Below are positions 19,550-28,421 of a stretch of 64,000 nucleotides of DNA, in pieces. Every line of letters begins with the position of its first letter. Within the stretch, counting starts at the first letter, position 1. Origin of the DNA: Candidatus Hydrogenedentota bacterium (GTDB lineage: Bacteria; Hydrogenedentota; Hydrogenedentia; Hydrogenedentales; SLHB01); assembly GCA_963674865.2 (NCBI GenBank), contig CAXXYE010000004.1, positions 1 through 64,000 on the forward strand, given 5' to 3'. A program made the position numbers and the translations under genes. Under the pieces are notes generated by a model. The model worked only from the letters and a program-made list of their open reading frames with translations. It had not been told where the DNA came from and made no database searches.

Positions 19550-20492
19550 CGGCACGCTTGATCTGAGGGGCCAGCACGTTGAGGACGGAGGGAATGACTT
19601 CAATCGTGGCCGGCAACTGGCCCGGCTGCTCGCCGTCGAGGTCCAGGAGGACGCGTTGCTTTGAGCGCGCGACGATGCGTTTGGCGAAGAAGTAGCTGAT
19701 CTTGTCGGTGCGTTTCAGCAGGTGGCCGCGGTAGAGTTTGGGCAGGTTGACGATGGCCTCCCGGCGCCCCACGTCGCCGATGACGTACACCTCGAAGGCC
19801 CCGCTGTCGAGGCGGGCTTCGGGAGCGACGTGCATGCCGCCGCCGTAATACTGGCCGTTGGCTACGATGACGTTATTGCAGCGGCCCTCGATGGATTCGC
19901 CGTCGATCTCGATGTGCATTTCCGGATTGCGGTACACGAGCAGCGTGCTCACGACGCCATAGAGGAATGAAAGGAATCCGCCGAAGAATTTGCTTGTGGC
20001 GTTGACGCGTTTCACGACCTCGCCGCCTGCGCCGAAGTCGGCCACGTTGATGAAGTAGCGCACGCCCTCGCCGCCGTCCGGCAGCCCGTGGGTGACGCAT
20101 CCTACATCGACACGGACGGGCGTCTCCTCGAGGAGGTGCGGGATGGCGAGGGCCCCTCGGGGAAGTCCCAAGGTCCTTGCCAAGTCGGCCCCTGTGCCAT
20201 AGGGAATGATAGCGAAGCGGGCCTCCGGATTGATGGGTTGCTTCCCGGCGAACAGCCCGTTGACGACTTCGTTGTGCGTGCCGTCGCCTCCGACGCTCAC
20301 GATGCGCTCGGCCCCTTCGTTTACAGCCTGTTTCGCCAGCTCGGTGGCGTGGCCGGGGCGCTCGGTGATGAGTAGGGAAAACTCGCCCACGGATTCGGCA
20401 AGAGCCAACTTGAGCGCGGGGATGTGCTTGCCGACGCGGCCATTGGCCGCGGCGGGATTCAGCACGACCGCCACACTGTGATGCTTCGCCAT
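19533..20492 (-). CDS. Diacylglycerol kinase family lipid kinase, paralogue 1
   Basis: NPAAANG, VGGDGTHNEVVNG, PYGTGADLAR, ANGQYYGGGM, LDGE. Confidence 0.88.
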   Translation of the reverse strand: MAKHHSVAVVLNPAAANGRVGKHIPALKLALAESVGEFSLLITERPGHATELAKQAVNEGAERIVSVGGDGTHNEVVNGLFAGKQPINPEARFAIIPYGTGADLARTLGLPRGALAIPHLLEETPVRVDVGCVTHGLPDGGEGVRYFINVADFGAGGEVVKRVNATSKFFGGFLSFLYGVVSTLLVYRNPEMHIEIDGESIEGRCNNVIVANGQYYGGGMHVAPEARLDSGAFEVYVIGDVGRREAIVNLPKLYRGHLLKRTDKISYFFAKRIVARSKQRVLLDLDGEQPGQLPATIEVIPSVLNVLAPQIKRADEESA

Positions 20493-20523
20493 GTTCCGGC
20501 CTTGAAGTGTCCTGCCTCGCCCC

Positions 20524-21954
20524 CTACACGCGCACGTCGGACTGCCCGCCCAGGCGCCCCCGGTGGCGTTCGAGCACAGGTTGGATATGGTTTTCCAAGA
20601 ATTCGTCCACCTGTTGCGGCGCCCGGCCGACGAACTGTCCGACGTCGAGCACCGCATCGATCTCTTCCCGGGACATGCCCACCGCGGGATCATTCACGAG
20701 CCGGTCGAGCAGGTCATTATCCCGCCCTTGCTCCTTGACCTCGGCCGCGGCCGCGTGCGCGTGTGTTCTGATGACTTCATGCAGTTCCTGGCGATCGCCG
20801 CCGCGCTTGACGGCGGCCATGAGGATGTTCTCGGTGGCCATGAACGGCAGTTCGGCGTTCAAGTGCTTCTCAATGACCTTGGGATAGACAGCCGGCGCCT
20901 CCATGACGTTGAGGTAGAGATTCAGGGCGCCATCGCACGCCAAAAAGGCCTCGGGCAGGCTCAGCCGGCGGATGGCGGAATCGTCGAGCGTGCGCTCGAA
21001 CCACTGGACGGCGGTGGTAAACGAGCCGTGAAGCGGGGCCGTCATCAGATACCGCCCCAGTGCGCAGGCCCGCTCGCAGCGCATAGGATTGCGCTTGTAG
21101 GCCATGGCTGAACTGCCCACCTGGCTCTTCTCGAACGGCTCCTCGACCTCCTTCAAGTTGTGCAGGAGACGCATATCCGTGCCGAACTTGTGGACGGACT
21201 CGCCGATGCCGGCAAGCGCGTTGAGGACGCGTGTATCGACCTTGCGCGGATACGTCTGGCCGGTGACGGGATAGCTCGCAGCGAATCCGAGCTTCTCGGC
21301 GACGAGTTGATCGAGTTGCTTCACCTTATCGGCGTCGCCCTCGAAGAGCGCCAAGAAGGACGCTTGCGTGCCTGTCGTGCCTTTTACTCCGCGACAGCGC
21401 AGGGCCGCTCTCAGCGCCTCGATAGCCTGGACGTCCATCAGGAGATCCTGCGCCCAGAGGCACGCGCGCTTGCCCACGGTGACTACCTGCGCCGGCTGGT
21501 AATGTGTGTAGCCTAGCGTAGGAAGGTCTTTGTGCTTCGTAGCAAAGCCGGCCAGCTTGTCGAGTACATTCACTGCCTTGGTGAGGATGATGTCCAGGCC
21601 CTCGCGGATGAGCACCAGATCGGTGTTATCGCCCACGAAGCAGCTTGTGGCGCCCAAGTGGATGATGGGCTTGGCATTCGGCGCGACAAGCCCGAAGGCG
21701 TGGATATGGGCCATTACATCGTGGCGAGTTTCCTGCTCGAAGCGCTTCGCCGCCTCGAAGTCGACGTCGTCGAGATGGGCGCGCATCTCGTCAAGTTGCT
21801 CGTCGGAGATGGGCAGGCCGAGTTCCTTCTCGGCCTCCGCCAGGGCCAGCCAGCAGCGCCGCCATGTGGAGAATTTCTTCTGCGGGCCCCAGAGCCGGGC
21901 CATCTCATCGGTGGCGCAACGCTCAACAAGGGGCGATACGTATTTCGTGGTCAT
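20524..21954 (-). CDS. purB: Adenylosuccinate lyase
   Basis: RHDVMAH, IHLGATS, GYTHYQPAQ, GSSAMAYKRNPMRCER (fumarase-superfamily signature), FERTLDDSA. Confidence 0.95.
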   Translation of the reverse strand: MTTKYVSPLVERCATDEMARLWGPQKKFSTWRRCWLALAEAEKELGLPISDEQLDEMRAHLDDVDFEAAKRFEQETRHDVMAHIHAFGLVAPNAKPIIHLGATSCFVGDNTDLVLIREGLDIILTKAVNVLDKLAGFATKHKDLPTLGYTHYQPAQVVTVGKRACLWAQDLLMDVQAIEALRAALRCRGVKGTTGTQASFLALFEGDADKVKQLDQLVAEKLGFAASYPVTGQTYPRKVDTRVLNALAGIGESVHKFGTDMRLLHNLKEVEEPFEKSQVGSSAMAYKRNPMRCERACALGRYLMTAPLHGSFTTAVQWFERTLDDSAIRRLSLPEAFLACDGALNLYLNVMEAPAVYPKVIEKHLNAELPFMATENILMAAVKRGGDRQELHEVIRTHAHAAAAEVKEQGRDNDLLDRLVNDPAVGMSREEIDAVLDVGQFVGRAPQQVDEFLENHIQPVLERHRGRLGGQSDVRV

Positions 21955-22079
21955 GCGCAGGCAGCTCCCGTCGCTTTCGATGACTAAAACATGCCGTCCA
22001 ATTGAAGGTGTTTCCCACGACGAGAGTATAGCATCGATTCGGCAGGCTTTTCCGCCTGCTGACGAAACGTCTTGGCAAG

Positions 22080-22931
22080 CTAGAAATCGTCCGGCGTTAG
22101 CTCCTGCTTCGGGAAGAGCTTCTCGAATTCCTCTTTCCAGCGGCGCTCGAGATCCTCCCGATGGAAGGCCCTCATGAGGCCGTAAAGGAAGGGGCCGCAA
22201 TGCTTCTGGCGCTCGAGGGCGATCTCGTGCGTCGGCTCGAGTTCGACAACGCGGCGGTAGTAGAAGAGGGCCTGATCGTATAGGCGGAGTTCCCGGAAGC
22301 AATCGCCCAGGAAGAGCCAGGAGGCCGGGGCGTGGGGGGCGTGATGGGCGGCTTCGGCGAAGTATCCCGCCGCGAGCACGGGGAGTTTGGCGTCGAGCAG
22401 CATCCAGCCGCCGAGGAAGTAAGGCTCCCACCGGTGCTCGGCGGCATCGATGGCCTGTCCGAGGATGCTGAGCGCGTCCTCGCGGCTGTCAGGGTCTTGC
22501 TTCAGCAGCAACTCAGCGCGCGCGCACCAGGCATAGGGGGAGCGGCCGCTATCCGTGATGCTCACATCCGACAAAGGCCACGCCTCGGCAGCGCGGCCCC
22601 TGTGGGCCAGGACGACGACGCGGGCCGCGTAGAAGGGCCTAACTTGGCGGTAGGCGTCGAGGGCTTTCGCTGAGGCGGCGTCGGCCTCGTCGATCTTCCG
22701 GGCGCGGACAAGGCTGTCGATGTATCCGAGCCGGGCGGCGTAATGGTGGTCATCCAGGCCGACAGCCTTGTCGAAATAGGCCGCGGCCGCTTCGAAATGC
22801 CCCGATTCGCGCAACGCCCTTCCCGCGGCGTAGAAGGTGGCGGCGTTGTGGGGCTGTTCTCGCAAAGGCTTGCGAGAGGGCCTGTTTTCCCGCGGGCCGC
22901 CTTCGAATTCGAGCCAGTCAAACCGATCCAT
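22080..22931 (-). CDS. Tetratricopeptide repeat protein
   Basis: Repeated TPR-like helical units (FYAAGRALRESGHFEAAAAYFDKAV; WLFLGDCFRELRLYDQALFYYRRVVELEP); ATG overlaps the AAA stop (TAATG). Confidence 0.8.
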   Translation of the reverse strand: MDRFDWLEFEGGPRENRPSRKPLREQPHNAATFYAAGRALRESGHFEAAAAYFDKAVGLDDHHYAARLGYIDSLVRARKIDEADAASAKALDAYRQVRPFYAARVVVLAHRGRAAEAWPLSDVSITDSGRSPYAWCARAELLLKQDPDSREDALSILGQAIDAAEHRWEPYFLGGWMLLDAKLPVLAAGYFAEAAHHAPHAPASWLFLGDCFRELRLYDQALFYYRRVVELEPTHEIALERQKHCGPFLYGLMRAFHREDLERRWKEEFEKLFPKQELTPDDF

Positions 22932-24466
22932 TACTCAGGTTCCGTCGATGGCCTGTTTTGGAGGGAGGATACGGGGCGCGCCCGGTGCTGCGCCCACTTG
23001 CGGAGCCGCTCGACGTTCTCGCACATGAGCTTGGACAGCGGCACGGTTTCGGATATCGCGCGGAGGATATCGGTGGTGGCCAGTTCGCGGTTCTCGAAGA
23101 AGCTGTCGTGCAGGGCCGAGATAATGGCCTGCTCGATCTCCGCCCCGCTGAAGCCTCTCGAAGCGGTGGCCAATTTGCGCAAGTCGTACTTGCCGGGATC
23201 GCGCTTGACGCGCGTGAGGTGAATCCGGAAGATCTCGCCGCGCTCCCGCGTACGTGGCAGATCAACGAAGAAGATCTCGTCCAGGCGGCCCTTCCGCAAC
23301 AGCTCGGGGGGAAGGCCCTGGACCTCATTGGCGGTGGCTGTGACGAAGACGGGGGCCGTCTTCTCCTGGAGCCACGTGAGCAGCGTACCCACTACCCGCG
23401 CGGTGGTGCCTGCGTCGGAACTGCCGGATCCCTCGACGCCGGAAAACGCCTTCTCGATCTCATCGATCCAGAGAATCACCGGCGCGAGACTCTCGGCGAT
23501 GCCAAGGGCCTGGCGCATGTTTTGCTCGGAACTGCCGATGTAGCCCTGAAAGATGCGGCTCATGTCCATCCGCAGCAGCGGGAGTTGCCACGAGGCCGCG
23601 ATAGTCTTGGCCAAGAGGCTTTTCCCGCAGCCTTGCACCCCCATGAGCAGGATGCCCTTCGGCTCGGGCAAACCGTAGGCGCGCGCGTCCGATGAGAAGG
23701 CCCGGACGCGTTTCTTGAGCCATTCTTTGAGCAGGTCCATGCCGCCGACCGCCGAGAGCTTCTCGCTCGTGTCGTAATACTCGAGAACGCCTGACTTACG
23801 AATTACCTGCTTCTTCTCGGAGATGACGGCTTGGATGTCATTCGCGTCCAACACCTTATCCTGCACGATGGCTTTGGCGAAGGCGTTCTCGGCTTCGGCG
23901 AGGGTGAGGCCGCGCGCCGCGCGGACGAGGGCCGCACGTTCATCGGCGCTTAACCTAACCTGGAACTGACGCGATGCGCCGGGCCTGCCGATCTTCTCGG
24001 TGAGCAGCGCGCCAAGCTCGTCAACACCCGGAAGAGGCATGTCGACAATCGTCATCTGTTTCTCAAGTTCGGGCGGGATCTTGAGCACCGGCGAAAGGAC
24101 GATCAGCGTCTTCTTCGTATAGCGGAGCGCAGCGTCCAAATCGCGAATCTGGCGCACGATTTCCGGCGTCTCGAGATACGTATGGAAGTCTTTTAGCACG
24201 TATATGGACGTCCCACCCGCCTGGAGGATGGTATTGAGCACCGCCAGCGGCTTTCGGCTGCGCTCGTTGGCCTCATTCTCCATACGGGGGCCGTGGATGC
24301 GGCGAAGGCCGTCCGTGATACTCCACTCGAAGAGACTCTTCTGCTGCGCCTCGGCTAGGCTGCGCAGCGTCTGGCGGGCGCGTTCCTCCTCCGGTGTCAC
24401 CACGTAGATGAGGGGATACCGCGCGCGAATGAGCTGATCGATCTCCTCGTGGAAAGGACTTGTCAT
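22931..24466 (-). CDS. AAA+ ATPase, Ycf46-like
   Basis: [15 protein letters not shown]-terminus, [19 protein letters not shown], Walker A GVQGCGKS, Walker [20 protein letters not shown]. Confidence 0.88.
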   Translation of the reverse strand: MTSPFHEEIDQLIRARYPLIYVVTPEEERARQTLRSLAEAQQKSLFEWSITDGLRRIHGPRMENEANERSRKPLAVLNTILQAGGTSIYVLKDFHTYLETPEIVRQIRDLDAALRYTKKTLIVLSPVLKIPPELEKQMTIVDMPLPGVDELGALLTEKIGRPGASRQFQVRLSADERAALVRAARGLTLAEAENAFAKAIVQDKVLDANDIQAVISEKKQVIRKSGVLEYYDTSEKLSAVGGMDLLKEWLKKRVRAFSSDARAYGLPEPKGILLMGVQGCGKSLLAKTIAASWQLPLLRMDMSRIFQGYIGSSEQNMRQALGIAESLAPVILWIDEIEKAFSGVEGSGSSDAGTTARVVGTLLTWLQEKTAPVFVTATANEVQGLPPELLRKGRLDEIFFVDLPRTRERGEIFRIHLTRVKRDPGKYDLRKLATASRGFSGAEIEQAIISALHDSFFENRELATTDILRAISETVPLSKLMCENVERLRKWAQHRARPVSSLQNRPSTEPE

Positions 24467-25116
24467 TATCCTTGTGCTGCGTCTTGTATCGCGAGCTCGA
24501 ATCCCGTCTTTGTAGCCACGGCGGCAACCGCCGTCACCGGATTGGTTCTCTCTGCAAATACACCTTTGCCCAGGATGAATTCGCAGGCTTCATTGGCCGT
24601 TCCCGCGCCGTAGTCGCCCCCTTGGGCCTCGGAGAGGAGGTTCTCTTCGTAGGTGGCCACGTAGAAGAACTGGCCCGGCGCGAGCGGCATGCGGCGGACA
24701 TCGAGGCCGGTATGCCGGACGATGCCTAGCCAGCCGGAACCTTCGCCGCGCTTGTCTACAACGGAGCAGATCCGCGGAGTATTATAGTCGTCTTTTTCAT
24801 AGTCCAGGGCAATGAGGGACAGAACCAGGGCATCGCGAGCCGACATGCCTGAGTCCATTTTCTCCGCGATGGGATCCGTCTGGCTACCGTTGGTGACAAC
24901 GGCCACGTCCCCGCCGCAGACGATCCGGGCGCAGTTGTAGGCGATGTAAGGATTCTTCTGAACGTCCGTCTCATGGCCTGCCTTGGGCACGATACTGACT
25001 TTGTCTTCCTTTAAGACTGCTGTGCGATTGGGAAATGAACGGCTGGATACGCGGTAGGCGGCGCACAACTCGCCAGCCGGCGTCATAGCTACGCTCACGA
25101 TGCGTCCGATATACAT
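24466..25116 (-). CDS. purO: IMP cyclohydrolase, archaeal PurO type
   Basis: MYIGR, YRVSSRSFPNR, NPYIAYNC, VTNGSQTDPI, DYEKDDYNTPRI match the archaeal PurO family; AAGGAG RBS. Confidence 0.88.
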   Translation of the reverse strand: MYIGRIVSVAMTPAGELCAAYRVSSRSFPNRTAVLKEDKVSIVPKAGHETDVQKNPYIAYNCARIVCGGDVAVVTNGSQTDPIAEKMDSGMSARDALVLSLIALDYEKDDYNTPRICSVVDKRGEGSGWLGIVRHTGLDVRRMPLAPGQFFYVATYEENLLSEAQGGDYGAGTANEACEFILGKGVFAERTNPVTAVAAVATKTGFELAIQDAAQG

Positions 25117-25162
25117 GCTTGCTCCTTCCTAATAGTCCAGTTGGAAATGCGTCCCGGGGGAT

Positions 25163-25191
25163 ATTATAGCGAAAAGGCCGATTCTTGAGAA
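25163..25191 (-). promoter_or_regulatory. sigma70-type promoter for purO-AAA-TPR
   Basis: Minus strand TTCTCA - 17 bp - TATAAT. Confidence 0.55.
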
Positions 25192-25348
25192 CCTTGATTG
25201 CCGGGCCCACCAGGAATCGCGTTTCTCAGGCGAGGTGCCGCATCCGAGGTGGCTCGGGATAAGGACGGTGCACGCAAGGTGCCGCATCCGGAGGTTGCTT
25301 CGTTCACCCACGGCTGCACGCGGCCTTCCCATTCGGGGCGCCGGTTCG

Positions 25349-26551
25349 TTAGGAACTGCGCTCCACGAAGTCCTTGAAGCGGGACAGGCCCTCTTGAATC
25401 TGATCGACGTCGATGCCTGAATAGGCCAGCCGGATGAACATCTCTTGCTCATCGGAGAGGGGCCTGCCGAAATGGGTTCTTGTGCAGAAGGACACGCCGG
25501 TATGTTTCAGCATGTCCGTCCGGAACGCGGCGTAATCCTGGTACTTCAATCTCGCCATAAGCTCCGTCACGTTGGGGAACAGGTAGAACGTGGCTTGGGG
25601 CCTGTAGCACCGTACGCCTTCGATGGTATTGAGGATGTCGACCGCCGCGTTGCGGCGGGCCTCGAGTGTGCGCACGATGCGCTCGGGGCCTGACGCGTCT
25701 CCCGTCAGGCCCTCGAGCGCAGCGAATTGGATGAAGTGATTGGAGCAGGATTCGTCATTCACGTTCAGCTTCGCGATGGCTTCGACGGCACTTTTCGGGC
25801 CGATAGCGGCCCCAAGACGCCAGCCTGTCATGGCGAACTTCTTTGAGAACGTGTAGAGAATGACGCATCGCTCCTCCATGCCGGGGAAGGAGGCCAGGGA
25901 TTCCGAGCGTCCTTCGTAGCGGATGTCGAAGTAGGCCTCGTCACAGAGCACCCACAAGTCATGCCGTTTGACGAGGTCGGCCAGCGCGGCCAGCTCCTCG
26001 TGGGAGGACTCCGCGCCCGTGGGATTCTGCATGTTGTTGAAGACGAGGAACTTCGTTCTGGGAGTGATTAGCTTCTCGATGGAGGCGATGTCCAGTTCGA
26101 ATCCGTTGGCGCCTTCGACGAAGGTGTAAGGCACGGCGACGCCGCCGTGGAACTCGATCTGGGACTCGTAGATCGGATAGCCCGGATTCGGATAGAGGAC
26201 TTCGTCCCCTGGATTCATCAAGGCGAGCATGAACTTGCCGATGACAGGTTTCCCGCCGGGCTGAATGGCGACGTTCTCTCTTCCATAGTGCGTACCGCGC
26301 GCCCTGTTGATGTCCGCGGCCAGGGCGTCGCGCAGCTCCGGTATGCCATAGTTCGAGCAATATCCGGTTTTGCCGGCGTCCATGGCCTTTTTCGCGGCGC
26401 CGATGACGTTCTCCGGCGTCTTGATATTCATGTCGCCGAGGTGGAAGGGATAAACGGTGTTGCCAGCGGCGGCGTGCGCCGCCGCCTCGGCCGAGACGGC
26501 AAACGCCGTCTCGGTGCCCAGTCGTTCCATGCGGTTGGCCAGCGCGGTCAC
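25349..26551 (-). CDS. PLP-dependent aminotransferase class I/II (AspB-like)
   Basis: PNPGYPIYES, NNMQNPTG, DEAY, TFSKKFAMTGWRLG (PLP lysine). GTG start with AAGGAGGAG RBS. Confidence 0.9.
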   Translation of the reverse strand: MTALANRMERLGTETAFAVSAEAAAHAAAGNTVYPFHLGDMNIKTPENVIGAAKKAMDAGKTGYCSNYGIPELRDALAADINRARGTHYGRENVAIQPGGKPVIGKFMLALMNPGDEVLYPNPGYPIYESQIEFHGGVAVPYTFVEGANGFELDIASIEKLITPRTKFLVFNNMQNPTGAESSHEELAALADLVKRHDLWVLCDEAYFDIRYEGRSESLASFPGMEERCVILYTFSKKFAMTGWRLGAAIGPKSAVEAIAKLNVNDESCSNHFIQFAALEGLTGDASGPERIVRTLEARRNAAVDILNTIEGVRCYRPQATFYLFPNVTELMARLKYQDYAAFRTDMLKHTGVSFCTRTHFGRPLSDEQEMFIRLAYSGIDVDQIQEGLSRFKDFVERSS

Positions 26552-26592
26552 GATGCTCCTCCTTTTTGAAGCGCCTCGTCCTGGGGGTGTCC

Positions 26593-28044
26593 TTACGCGA
26601 TGTAGGTAGACGCCGCCGTGTCGCCGCCGCGTCCTGTCCAGTTCGTGTGGAAGAACTCGCCGCGGGGCTTGTCGACCCGCTCATAGGTGTGCGCGCCGAA
26701 GTAATCCCGCTGCGCTTGAAGCAGATTGGCCGGCAGGCGCTCAGAGCGGTATCCGTCGAAGTAGGCCAACGCGGTGCTCATAGCCGGCACCGGGATGCCC
26801 AGGTTGATCGCGGTCGTCACGACGCGCCGCCACCCGGACTGCGCTTTGACCACGGCGTCCTTGAAGAACGGATCCAGGAGCAGATTGACTAAGCCGGGAT
26901 TCTTGTCGAAGGCTTCCTTGATCTTCCCGAGGAACACGGAGCGGATAATGCAACCGCCGCGCCACATCAACGCGATCCCGCCGTAGTTGAGATTCCAGCC
27001 GTATTCGGCCGCCGCCGCGCGCATGAGCTGATATCCCTGGGCGTAGCTGACGATCTTGGATGCATACAATGCTTGACGCAGGTCGTTCACGAAGGCGGCC
27101 CGATCGCCGTCGAAGGCGCTTGTCTCGCCCGGGAGTACCTTCGCGGCTGCGACGCGCTCTTCCTTGAGGGCGGACAGGCAGCGGGCGAAGACCGCTTCGC
27201 CGATAAGCGTCAGCGGTTGCCCTTGGTTCAGCGCCTCGATGGCCGTCCATTTGCCCGTGCCTTTTTGGCCGGCGGTGTCGAGGATCAGATCCACGACGGC
27301 ATTGCCATCTTCGTCCTTGTAGCCCAGGATATCGCGCGTGATCTCGATGAGATAGGAGTCCAGCTCGCCCTCATTCCACTCCGTGAAGACGGCTTCCATT
27401 TCCTCGTTCGTCATGCCGAGGCCGTATCTCATCAGGTGATACGTCTCGCAGATCATCTGCATGTCGCCGTATTCGATGCCGTTATGCACCATCTTGACGA
27501 AATGCCCCGCGCCGCCTTCGCCCACCCAGTCGCAGCAGGGCGAGCCGTCCTCGGTTTGCGCGGCGATGGCCTGGAAGATGGACTTGACGTGCTCCCACGC
27601 GGCCGGTGTGCCGCCGGGCATGATGGAGGGCCCGAGCAGCGCGCCTTCCTCGCCGCCCGAGACGCCGGTGCCGATGTAGCACAGCCCCTTGCTTTCCATG
27701 TATTCCGTGCGCCGGATCGTGTCGGGGAAGTGGGAGTTCCCGCCGTCGATGATGATGTCGCCTTTTTCCAGATACGGGACGACCTTCTCGATGAACTGAT
27801 CGACGGCCTCGCCCGCCTTAACCATGAGCATGACTTTGCGGGGCGTCTTCAGGTTGGCGCACAGCTCTTCGATGCTGTGGCAGCCGAGGATGTTCTTCCC
27901 CTTGGCGCGCCCCTCGACAAACTTGTCCACTTTGGCGACTGTTCGATTGAAAACGGCCACGCCAAAGCCTTTGCTTTCCATGTTCAGGATGAGGTTCTCA
28001 CCCATCACGGCCAGCCCGATGAGTCCGATATCCATCTCTGCCAT
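26593..28044 (-). CDS. gnd: 6-phosphogluconate dehydrogenase, NADP-dependent, decarboxylating
   Basis: [62 protein letters not shown]. Confidence 0.97.
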   Translation of the reverse strand: MAEMDIGLIGLAVMGENLILNMESKGFGVAVFNRTVAKVDKFVEGRAKGKNILGCHSIEELCANLKTPRKVMLMVKAGEAVDQFIEKVVPYLEKGDIIIDGGNSHFPDTIRRTEYMESKGLCYIGTGVSGGEEGALLGPSIMPGGTPAAWEHVKSIFQAIAAQTEDGSPCCDWVGEGGAGHFVKMVHNGIEYGDMQMICETYHLMRYGLGMTNEEMEAVFTEWNEGELDSYLIEITRDILGYKDEDGNAVVDLILDTAGQKGTGKWTAIEALNQGQPLTLIGEAVFARCLSALKEERVAAAKVLPGETSAFDGDRAAFVNDLRQALYASKIVSYAQGYQLMRAAAAEYGWNLNYGGIALMWRGGCIIRSVFLGKIKEAFDKNPGLVNLLLDPFFKDAVVKAQSGWRRVVTTAINLGIPVPAMSTALAYFDGYRSERLPANLLQAQRDYFGAHTYERVDKPRGEFFHTNWTGRGGDTAASTYIA

Positions 28045-28421
28045 CGCTCGAATTCTCCTTCATTGTTCAGTGTGTGACGTCCGGCCTGAGCTCGGCGCGT
28101 CTGTGCTGGACGGTGGCGGCCGCGTACCGAGGGTGAAATGGAAACGTCCCTGCGGGCCGCCGCAACCGGAAATGCCCGACAAAGCCCCGTCCGGCGACGC
28201 GGCTTGTCGTTGATGCCCATGGGCATCATATCACACGCGGGATGGCCGGTTCAGCCTATGAGAGCGCCCAATCGTGGCGGTTGGGCGGTGTGCCCGCCGT
28301 GTGGGGGAGCGTTTGGGCCAGGGCTTGGTATGTGGTGCATGTTCCGGTAGGATAAGGGGCAATCAACACCCGCTATGGTGGTTCCCGTTTGTACCTAAAT
28401 CTGTGGCCGGAGGCGGAAGCC

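Noticed and set aside
25117..25162. ZMP/ZTP or purine riboswitch before purO
   Set aside because: The predicted leader is only about 40 nt and shows no aptamer motifs.
27073..28077. Long antisense or alternate-frame ORFs (e.g. 27073-28077, 2646-3677, 12245-13297, 37794-39050, 48936-50045, 56196-57293)
   Set aside because: They overlap well-supported genes and have no recognisable motifs; such shadow ORFs are expected in high-GC DNA.
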